64,000 nt of DNA from NCBI GenBank assembly GCA_040357565.1, contig JBDODJ010000014.1; one strand, given 5' to 3'. This DNA comes from Cercozoa sp. M6MM. Its lineage: Eukaryota; Protista; Endomyxa: Ascetosporea. Under the pieces are notes generated by a model. The model saw only the letters and a list, made by a program, of their open reading frames with translations, had not been told where the DNA came from and did no database searches. Below, piece after piece: positions 25,475 to 36,535 of this stretch. Numbering within the stretch: position 1 is the stretch's first letter; each line of letters begins with the position of its first letter. The position numbers and the translations under genes were made by a program.

Positions 25475-28400
25475 GTAGCTTCGGCTACGCCGCTATGACG
25501 GCACCTGCGACGAACTGTACCTTCCTTACCCCCTTGCCTCTTTAGCCCTTACCCCTTACCCCTGTACCCTCCTGATCGCAGCGAGCACGACCGATGCTCT
25601 AGCGCAGAGTCGTTTTTCGGTACCCCCCTCCCCGTACGTATGAGGTGTGAAACGTGTGCACATGGACAGGGTGGCATGGTTCTGTTCCTGTTCCTGCACA
25701 TTGCCGTCATGGTGTGCGAGCGGTACCTTTTACCTCCCCCTGCCCCGACCCCTGCCCCTCTCCTTACTTCTCTTTCCCCTTACCCCGTACCCCGTACCCC
25801 GTAGATGGATCTTCCTGCGCAAGTCGCTGGTGGGCAAGACGCTACTGACGGTCTTGACTTTCGTGCTGTTCGCCTCGCTGAGTGTGCTGTCCTGGCCGGC
25901 GTAGGCTCTTCTATCTGTGTGTCCGCGCGGACGGGAACAGATACAATATTATCTGTGCAGTCGCTCGCGTCGACCGCTCTCGCAGAACGGAACCGCGCAG
26001 TTCTTCTTCTTCCTCAAGTTGCTCTACTGGTGGGTTTGCCCCCTCGTTACCCTCCCTTTTACCCCCCCCCCCCCCCTCAACCCACGCAGGACGGTGTCGC
26101 TGTGGCAGCTGCGTGACGGTTACGTTCTGTTCGATCCGCATCGGTAGTTCCCTTTACACCTTCAGTGGGCACGTGTGTGACCGAGTGTATCTGGGCAGCG
26201 ATCGTATCACGCGCGGCTTTTCGACGGTGCGCAATGTGGTGTTCATCGCGTACCGCGCGCTGCCCTTCGTGTTCGAGTTGCGCACTCTGCTGGTACACTT
26301 GGACTGCCTAGTTTCTAGGTGGCAGTAGGTAGTAAAGGCAGGTACTGAGGGGCAGGTGCTGAGAGTATGTCTGTGGTGTGACTGGACAGGACTGGGTGGC
26401 GATGGACACGACACTGGACCTGTGGGAGACCTTCAAGTTAGAGGACGTCTTCGCGTCGATCTACTCGTACACTCACTGACCACGTGGCCAACCAAGTGAG
26501 TGACCACCTGGGCAGGGTCAAGTGCGGTCTGCAGGGTCAAAATCCCGTCGACGACGAGCTGCCGCGCAAGCGGTACAGTTCCTTTGCCCCATTTACCTCC
26601 CTGACCCCATACCCCCCCCCCCCGGACAGAGGCCAGATCCAGACGCAGGTGACCAAGTACACCAACGGCGTGCTCGTGTTCGCCGCACTCATGACGCTGC
26701 TGCTTGGTAGACACGCACTACTGACCACTGGCCACGTGACCACCCACTCCATGTGACAATCGATGTGACCACTCGGTGTGCAGGCCCGCTACTGCTGTTC
26801 AGCACGGCGAACCCTGCGCAGCACGTGAACCCAGTACCCTCCTTTTATCTCATTACCCTCCTTTTACCCCTTACCCTCCTTTTACCCCTTACCCTCCTTT
26901 TACCCCTTCCCCTCCTTTTACCCCCCCCCCCCCTCCGACAGGTGCGAAGCGCGCGCCTGCAGGTTGACATCATCGATCTCAAGCAGTCCTCGCAGGTCGA
27001 GTTGCTGCGCATCTCGTCTGGTACAAACCAGCCTGTCTCCCTCTGTCCATATGGACGGAGTCTGTCCTGGCCCGTGTGTCCATTTGAACCGTTGCTGGTG
27101 TGTAGCCACTCTGATTCGCGAAGCCACGACGGCCGAGAGTTCGCTGCTAGGACGCTATGTACCTTCTTCCTATCTCACTTGACACGTGTCTTTTGTGTGT
27201 GTGACCGCTGGAGTGACCACTTTTGGCACGTGTGTGACCACTGGAGTGACCACTTGGCACGTGAGCAGCACTCGCTGAGTGGTGACAAGCCGGCCTCGAT
27301 TCAGCGCACGCAGCTCGTGCAGTCTGACGAGTCGCTTTGGACGGTGCCTTTTACCCCCCCCCCCCCCGTCCTCTTTACCCACCCCCCTCCATGTGACAGG
27401 TGGCACCGCCAGCACGTGCCGCACTGCTAAACGGTCTTCGAGGCGACGCTGGCGTAGGCTTGCCCCCCCCCCCCATCTTTGCCCTATTGTGTATACTCGC
27501 AGAACGGCATCGATGAGAGCAAGCCGCGACTGCGCTGGACGGTATTTTTCTACTCTTTTCGAGAAAGTAAGAGGGGTAAAATGGGGGGGGGGGGGAGATA
27601 TACATGCAACACAGCTGGCCTTCACGCGCGAGGAACCGGTCGGTTTCGAGACGGTGGACACGCAGGTCGAAATGACGCAGCCTCTGAGTGCCGCGCAGCG
27701 ACTTGCACTGGCCGACGTTATCGATCAGGCGCAGACACATGTACCCTCCCTCAGTCAGACAGTCAGTGACCACGTGTATCTCAGTTGGCACGTGTGCAAT
27801 CACTGTGTTTGTGTGAGTGACTGCAGGTGCAGGACACGCTGCTGCCTCTGCGCGACGGCAGCGACTGCGACGAGCGGACCGCCTTGCCGCCTGCTGGTAC
27901 CTTTGGTCACAGTGGGCACGTGCCAACTGACCCCCAGTTAGCACGTGCCAATGCCCTCACTGATACATACACTCGCAGGCTCGACGTCGGAGAGTGCGTG
28001 GCCGCTGTGGTTCCGACTGCCGGCACATGGCGAACCGTCGCTGCTGACTGCCGGTACACATTTGCACTTGGGTGAACACGTGTCTGTTGGTACCAAGAGA
28101 GACACGTGCGCGCAGGCACTCCGGTGCGGTGCCTACGACTGCGTCTGCAGACTGATGCTGTCGTACCCTCTTGTTCTTACAGGGGTTAAGATGGGGTAAT
28201 CAGATGGGGTCACTGTGGTCAGTCGCGTGGTGAGTATTGGACACTTGCGGATGCGTCGACCAGTACAGGCGTTAGTTTCCTGACGGTACCAGTGTGATCA
28301 ATAACTCTGACTGGGTGACCATCCCAAGTGAACACCTTCTGTAGGTGTCGAACGAGGTGCTGTCGTCGTCGCTGTTCGGACTGGCCAACCTCGACGTGAT

Positions 28401-28955
28401 CACGCTGTACGTCACCGTTGTTCTCACCGTTGGCCGCTTCCTGCGACAGATGGTGCGTTCACCCTACCTCTTACCCCCTCCCATCCCTTACCACTCTTGG
28501 TGTAGGTGGCGGAGAAGCTGCACCAGATCGTATACGAGGACGTCATGAATGCCGACTTTATCTTCCGTCTGTGCATGGGTTCCTTACATACATAGATATG
28601 ATATATTATATATATATATGTATATGTGTTAACTCTATGTGCACGGGCAGGCATCTACCTGGCACGCGCTCAACGCGAGTTCCTGCAAGAAGAGCACCAT
28701 TTCCGCATTCTGATTCGCATCTACCGCGACCCGACTCTGCTGCTGCTGCTCACGCGGCGTCGCGACGGCGCAGGTGCCTTACCCTCTTGATATCTCATAT
28801 CTAAACATCCAATGTATCTATATATATTTATATTAGCAGAAGAAGACACGCGCTTCGACGACGCCGACAGCGCCTCGTCGACGGCTGTGCTGTCGACGAG
28901 TGCTGCCGCCTCGGCCCAACAGCATGACGAGGACTCCAAGAGCGACGACGAATGA
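11619..28955 (+). CDS. PIEZO: Piezo-type mechanosensitive ion channel (~100 introns) with inserted ankyrin repeats and PAS domain
   Basis: Repeated 4-TM units, the PFEW signature YRALPFVFELRTLL|DWVAMDTTLDLWETFKLED (~26250-26450), outer helix GPLLLFS, inner helix VITLYVTVVLTVGRFLR and CTD GIYLARAQREFLQEE..LIRIYRDP. Stop TGA at 28953-28955. Confidence 0.95.
14505..14604. other. Assembly gap (100 N) after a C tract inside a Piezo intron
   Basis: Run of N. Confidence 1.
14858..15291 (+). other. Ankyrin-repeat segment (2 clear plus 1 degenerate repeat) within Piezo
   Basis: AALT|LALLDGDSHRVAVFLQRRAD, SGDTALHLALRRRRRACVDLLVKA, VNSDGDTAMTLALRLGFHAVARRL; spliced in frame to flanking TM exons. Confidence 0.85.
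17965..18100 (+). repeat. Exonic Ser/Asp repeat (SDGTTDP / SDGA units) built from AGTGAC motifs
   Basis: Repeats of CCCAGTGACGGTACGACTGAT and GCCAGTGAC in the open Piezo frame. Confidence 0.8.
22121..22800 (+). other. PAS domain within Piezo (four exons)
   Basis: Spliced peptide KAAHVDVDADGRIVACNDKFAKMVGV..VLLRNMPLTELLP..CELSKSSGSSVKVFLQLRSL..RRVYVL follows the PAS pattern (D-x-D-G-R-I-x-x-x-N-x-x-F-x-x-M/L-x-G ... L-T-E-L-L-P ... K-x-G-x-x-x-x-V). Confidence 0.75.
22340..22517. repeat. (GT)n-rich intronic microsatellite
   Basis: Directly visible. Confidence 0.95.
24812..25473. repeat. Cluster of intronic (GT)n and (GTCTGT)n microsatellites with two 10-N gaps
   Basis: Tracts at ~24812-24925, ~25153-25293 and ~25407-25473. 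Confidence 0.95.
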
Positions 28956-29094
28956 AGCGCAACCGAACGGCATCGGAACTAAACTGTGCTCGCGCTCGCG
29001 CTCGGTCAGTTTGCTTCAGTTGAATTACCTCCGCTCTTTTCTGTAGTAGTTTAATCAGCCCTTCCTAAACTGCTGCGTTCCGTCTGTTCAGATT

Positions 29095-30802
29095 TTGATC
29101 AAGCTGTATCGGGTGCAACGTCAATGTGTTAAGCTGGCTCAGGTTGAACTCCGATCAATCGTTCGCGCGTGCCCGCTTGAAGATGCTCAGATCGGAGCAA
29201 CTCAGATCTTGATTGCGCTCCTTGGAAGTCGTGGGAAGCTCAACTCCGATAGTGCTCTACAATGCTGGTACAATGCTGGTGGTAGGCGCCATTGAGCGTT
29301 GGCTGAAGTTGGCGCAGATGGTTGTGACCAATGCGATGGCCGATTGTTCTGGAGTGCTTGCTGGTCGGGAACAGGTGGGCAGACGGGGATGATTGCGGGG
29401 ATGATTGCGTCTCACGTGCGAGTCGTGACACAAAAACGTTGCAACGATGCTGATGATTCACGATCGGGCGATCTCCAGTTCTCTGACAGGCGCTTCGTGC
29501 AATTGCCGCTGCGTCTGGCCTGGTCTGTGCAGGAGCTCCGCCTGCATTCGTGGATCGGTATTCGACCCAACAAGTTCGACTTCATTCCAGTTTTCTGAGC
29601 TCGTGCGTGCGGCAGTGATGCAGAAGGATGATATAACTCTGTCGCGGCTACCTCCATCGGTACGAAATATCGGTATTGACGCCTAGCGCTTCATTCTCTC
29701 GTTTCCGACTCTTCCTTTTAGCAGGACTTGCTCGCTGTCGCTAGTGTCGACTGGTAACTTCTTTAGTGTGTCACTCGGCTCCCAAATTGCTTTGAACTCA
29801 AGTGTTTATTTTACTTAGGGAGGCAGAATCGAGGCGGATTTGCGTCGACCAGCTGCCTGACTTGCTCTCGTCCTCTGACACCGGCGCGAGGAGGATACCT
29901 CCTCCTCGGCCCAGGGTGCTGGGTGACCATGAGCATACCAGCCGGCTCGTCCAAGGACAGAGTGGTCAGCGAAGCCCATGTGCTGCGCAGCAAAACACCA
30001 ACGCGGACCTCGTGCAGCTACGCAAGCTGACAACGCGCGAGCGCGACGAACTCAAGTACTGTGGCCGACTATCATCACCTCAGTGCGTCGGCTGTAGAAA
30101 TATCTCGATTTATGCTTAGTTGATTGATTTGATTCGCTGTATTGGGTGCCTTTTGTTTAGGTTCGCCGGCACCTTGGCTGAGTCGTCCTCGCACTTGCCG
30201 GAGAGGGTGCTAAATCGGTTGCGTGTTTGGTACTGTCCTGCGGTACGTTGTCCCACTGATCTTTTGAGTCAAATCAACCAACTGATCTTTTGAGCTGCCG
30301 ATAATGTTTGCGTCCTGTAGCTGCAGAGGTACTACTTTGACTGCGAATGCGAAAAGCGTCGATGCTCGCGAAATCGCTGTGCCATTGTGGTAAGCTGTTT
30401 CAGGCATGTGCGTGTGACCGTGTGTCTGTGTCACCTGGTCGACTGTGCAAAGGCCCACGCGTGTCGACATGATCGTGGCGATGAGTGCCTCACCTGCAAA
30501 GAGTGCTCGAAGACGTTTCCTTCCATCAAGGTAGGTCTGTGTTCCGTCTTTCTTCCCAAGGACACGCAATCAGAGTTGTGTTCTTGGCAGGCACTGAACG
30601 CGCACTGCAAAAGACACGTCAATGAGCGTCGTCGCCAAGTCGAGCACGGAGCGATCGAGCACTCTGACGAAACAGCTTACTTGCCTGAGCGTAAACACTG
30701 CTTAAACCTCTGCTGCGGTTGTGTGTTTATAAGAATTTCCGGAGTCTTCGTGACTACTGCACTTTTGTAGCCACCGACTGTCTGCCAAGCTTGCATACCT
30801 AA
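29095..30802 (+). CDS. C2H2 zinc-finger-containing protein; 5' exons uncertain
   Basis: Spliced CKECSKTFPSIK|ALNAHCKRH preceded by a Cys-rich segment; probable stop TAA at 30800-30802. Start not resolved. Confidence 0.5.
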
Positions 30803-31235
30803 TTTCCGTCTTAACCGTCACCTTTTCTGTCTTGGTATCTCTGGATCTGTGGCTTTCAACATTTTTGTCTTGGGTGTGATGTGTGAACTGCGTGCCTTCA
30901 GTTCAGTTTCGAGTTGTTTCGTGCCCGGCTGAAGTTCACTTTGATTGCATCGTAGCCGTCTGAGTGATCGGATCGACTCGACGTAGTTGCACGGCACATT
31001 GCACGTGCATTTTGTGTTTGTTTGTTTCCCATGTCAAATATCGTAGAGCGAGCAATATGCTGAGAAGAAACAATAACAGTTGCCATTTACGAGCCGAAGG
31101 AGATCGGCCAGAGAGGGCAAATGACTCGAAACGAAACGCGAGGAAAGGTTTGAGCGAGAACAAAAAAAAACTACAGCTAGCACCTATGCCGTAACAGCGT
31201 GGCGGTCGGTACATGGATGAGCCTGCCGGAGAAGT

Positions 31236-32375
31236 CTACTCGTAGATCCACTGGGCAGTGCAGAGACCGTAGTCGCAGACCTCGTCCTCCTTGAACCAGA
31301 ACTCGAGCTCCTTCTTAGCAGAGTCGACACTGTCCGAGCCGTGGATGACTGCAGCACAGACACCCAGTAAAATCACAAGCCATTCAACACAAAGCAGCAA
31401 AAAAACAGGGCAGGGCAAGCTCACTGTTGCGGCCGAGGTCGAGCGCAAAGTCGCCGCGGATGGAGCCGATCGGCGAGGCGAGCGGGTTGGTCTCACCGAG
31501 CAGCTTGCGGCCGGTCTTGATGACGTTCTTGCCCTCGAAGCACATGCACACGATCGGGCCCGACGAGAAGTACTTGGTGAGGCCGGCGAAGAAGGGCTTA
31601 TCGGACAGGTCCGAGTAGTGCTGCTGAGCCATCTCGAGCGTCGGCTGCACCATCTTGAGGCCGACGAGCTTGTAGCCCTTCTTCTCAAAGCGAGCGATGA
31701 TCTCGCCAACCAGCTGTCGCTGCACGCCTGTTATCAGCACACACACACGCACATACATCAACAGTGCCTTCCTCACAGAGTATCAGCAACACATACCATC
31801 CGGCTTGATGGCGATGAAGGTGCGCTCGGCGTTCGTGCCCGCGACACCAGCCAGCGGCACCTCTGAAGCATTTCGGGGTTAGTAGTAACAACGACATACG
31901 ACAAACAACAGATGGGGTACCCGCGGCCTCAACGACGCCCGACGACACGTTGAGGTTCGGCTTGGTGACGTTGAGGATCTTGTCGTACAGCTCGCGCTCG
32001 CCCTTGAGCGACTCCCACTGCTGCTCGGCATCCCAGATGTGCTTCGGCTTCAGGTTCTCGCGGTCCATCAGCTGCGACACCAGCGTGCCGGCGATGTGGA
32101 ACGGCAGGTACAGCGCCACGAAGCCGAAGATCGTGAACGCTGTGCGAGCACAAAAAAAAACAAAATTACATCGCGATCAGAGAACATTTCATAAAAAAGC
32201 CAGCGCGAACACAAAAAGCTAAACGGATCGGAGAAACGCAACAGGCATGTCAGCACCCGAGTGGACCACACTGACATCCCTGCAGCGTCTCTGCAAAAGA
32301 AAAGTTGCACGCAGCGAAGAGGAGCGGCGGTGACTTACGCCGGCGGGTGATGCGGTTGAGCTCAACAATGGGCAT
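31236..32375 (-). CDS. NDK: Nucleoside diphosphate kinase with N-terminal hydrophobic extension
   Basis: [10 protein letters not shown]|[47 protein letters not shown]|VIHGSDS, ending WIYE*. Confidence 0.95.
32231..32292 (-). promoter_or_regulatory. Long RNA hairpin in NDPK intron 1
   Basis: Transcript-strand arms AGAGACGC-UG-CAGG-G-AUGUCAGUGU and GUGCUGACAU-G-CCUG-UU-GCGUUUCU pair with several G-U wobbles. Confidence 0.55.
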
Positions 32376-32541
32376 GACTGTGAATACTCTCGTGCTGGGC
32401 AACACTGTCGAGCGGTGCGCTTGTAGGCCTCAGTTACTTTATATTTGGTCGTTTTGTACAGCTTTGGACACTATATGCAGCTTTTCCAAAAAAGCTGCAG
32501 CCTGTGGGGCGACATCACGTGCCCAAGCGTGTGAACACGAT

Positions 32542-33224
32542 ATGGATTTTCTTTTGGACAGCGAGGCGAGTCGGAAACTGCTTGCAGAGCTTCGATCGGA
32601 TGCCAGGAGGTGTGCTGACCAACAAGTCGGTCCAGAGATTCTTCTGTTCATTGTTTGATCGTGTTGGACAGGATAAACTGGACAACACTCGGCAAGAACG
32701 TTGGCATTCTCCTGTTCTGTCTGCTCGTGCACCGAGTGGCATTCGTGGTCGTTCTGGCAGTAGCGGTGATTAGGCACTTTGAGGCCATCCGGCGGCACCC
32801 GTGGACACGCGTCGCTCTGTTCCTTGCCGTTGCCGCACTCTACAGTTTCCTCATCTCGGGTGGCATGTACTCCATCATTCGAAAGTCGCCTGCCCTTCAC
32901 CGCGATCGCTATGGGGTAGGAACCCTCTCTGTCTATGTGTGTGTCGAACACTGCCATCATGATATTACTTGGACATAGCGCACCAGCTGGCTCGCACCGT
33001 CCGCACGCGATCAGACCAGCACAGAGGCGCGAGCATTGTCCATGTTGGTGGCTGCTTTGGTGACCTCGCTGCTGGCTCTCTTCTCGAGTCGGCGCGGCGG
33101 CCTGCTGGCATCGCTCGGAGTGCCGGCCGTGGTGCCACTCGCCTCCGTGCTGATCCTGTCGGCGCAGCTCGTGATGACCTACACTCGCAAGCAGCAGCTG
33201 TACCACTACGGCCTGCTTTGGTGA
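32542..33224 (+). CDS. OST3/OST6-family oligosaccharyltransferase membrane subunit lacking the thioredoxin domain (DC2/OSTC-like size)
   Basis: TM segments, LISGGMYSIIRKSP, WLAPSARDQTSTE and C-terminal YTRKQQLYHYGLLW*; two introns. Confidence 0.7.
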
Positions 33225-33361
33225 TTTACTTAACGAACTGAATTAATTGTTGAACTGTACTACACACAGTACTGTACAGTAATGCTCTGCCATGAGTCCG
33301 ACCCGCCCTATCTAGCGTACAGAACCCCCAGCAATAATGATTGGGCCAGGTCGGACAATGG

Positions 33362-34753
33362 CTAAAGCTCGTCGTGCACGACAACAGCTGCGCGATTCGG
33401 AAGCAGTGACAGCAAGAACTCGATGAGACGCCATAGTTGCCCTCGGAACACTGCAGACACACACGTGCAGGTTTTTTGGAAACATTAAACAAACTAAAGT
33501 ACCTCGACGCAGAACGACAGAAAAGCAGCACATGGCAAAGAAGCCAAATGCCAGGAACACCTGTACACAGTTGAGTTGAAGCACCTCTCCATGCGTGACA
33601 CTGTTTTGCTCTGCAGAGTGCTACCAAAGCAGCGTCGGTGAGTCGTCTTCGGTGCAGCTTGTTCACCTTTTTTTGTCCTCGTCGGAGCGAGGTCTGGCCT
33701 TGCTTGAACTCGGCCGCTGCTTGCGACATGGTCCGCGTCGAGTCGCCTACCGGTACACACACACACACACCACACACGTCATACTGCCCCTTCGGACGTA
33801 GACGATGCGAGTCTACCCAGTGCAGAGGCGGCATCGTGCGACGCGCGAATCTGCTCGTTCATCATGCGCGACACTCTGCGCCAGACGAAACACGAGACAA
33901 AATTAAAATACTCGAGTCAATGCAAATACCACAAAAAGAAATTGACAGGCAAACGAGACAAGAAAGTACAAGAAATCAGAAAAATACAGAAAATACAGAA
34001 ATACAAAAAAAAAACAAATGAATACAAGAAATACAGATGAATACAAGAAAATACAAGAAACTACACGAAACACAAGAAAATACAAGAAATCACAAGAAAC
34101 TCAGGAAGATACAAGAAAATTGAGACCTGCGCATGGAAATCGTCAGTTCGCGCGACCGCTGCGCCGCGCGTTTCGCCGAAAAGTTCGCCGTTTTTTCTGC
34201 CGTCTTCGCCGACGAGTCGGAGCCGCCGCGACCGCCGCGCAGCAGTTCCGCGCGGACGTCAGACCGTACATGCGCTTCGTCCGCGCGGTGGTGTCGCCGG
34301 CGGCGCTCTTGCTCCGCGCGGAAGCGTTGTTGCAACCGTTTCACTAACGCCGTTTGCTGTGCAGTCTGTCGTTTCAGACTGCGTTGCATGAGGGGGTAAG
34401 AGGGTGTAAGGGGCAAAATGGGCAAGAGGGGAATAAAAGGGAACAGAGGGGGCGAAGGGGAATAAAAGAGCTCCAGGATACTCCACAAGCTTCTGCTGTT
34501 CGATTTCGCCGGTCGAGAGTTCGTATGCAGCGTCCGCGCGGACGTGCAGCTGCTGCGCACGCTCGGCAAGTGCTCGCAGCAGTGGCGCCAATCGACGCAG
34601 CGAAGAACTGCGGTCGCGTATGTGATCATCCGCGCGGACCTGCTGGCCCAGTGAGTGGTCACTCAGCGCGTCCAACTGCGTGTGGGCACGTGACACATCT
34701 CCCACGAGCTCGGCCAAGTCCCTAAACAGCGACTTGGCATCTAAACCTGCCAT
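33362..34753 (-). CDS. SEC20: ER SNARE Sec20/BNIP1 family
   Basis: Coiled coil, then KVNKLHRRRLTDAALVALC|VFLAFGFFAMCCFSVVLRR TM, with a luminal tail ending VHDEL*. Confidence 0.8.
33880..34125. repeat. Degenerate AAATACAAGA tandem repeat filling a Sec20 intron
   Basis: Recurrent AAATACA(A)GA units on the + strand. Confidence 0.8.
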
Positions 34754-34925
34754 GGACTCGCTCAATTGCAGTTTGTGACACTTGTGCACACAAGTGCGCC
34801 TCTAAGTTCGCTTGTCAACTGGCGATAGCTGGCGCTAAATAATTCTGTATCAAAAACTTCATACTGTACAGGCTATGCATTATCCTGTCAAGGCCGAGCA
34901 GCGACATACTCTCTTCGATGCCAAG

Positions 34926-36238
<1,313 letters not shown>

Positions 36239-36535
36239 CGAGATATTGCTGCTGTATCCTCCCCTAACGACTCTGGCATGAACTCCTGCTTCGCTTCTAC
36301 GCCGACTGCCGCGCAAGAAACGCAAACCTCATTTCAAGGAATGCGACACTGACTTGTACTGTACGGCGGACCGGTAAACTTCACAAGCAACGTGAGTTTA
36401 CTGATCATTTGTTCTTCGATCGGTCCAGTTTGTCCATCCAGGACCAACGACAATCATGTTAAGGGTGCGACAAGGAATTATGTGCGAGAGACTCGGCAAA
36501 GCAATTAGTAGTTTAGGACAGTGCCGAGGCAGGAC

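Noticed and set aside
13740-27600. TTACCCC/CCCTTA runs as interstitial telomeric repeats
   Set aside because: Degenerate, variable unit length, confined to introns and not CCCTAA arrays.
32231-32292. TPP riboswitch in the NDPK intron
   Set aside because: Has GGGTGC but lacks the CTGAGA and downstream conserved TPP motifs; kept only as a generic hairpin.
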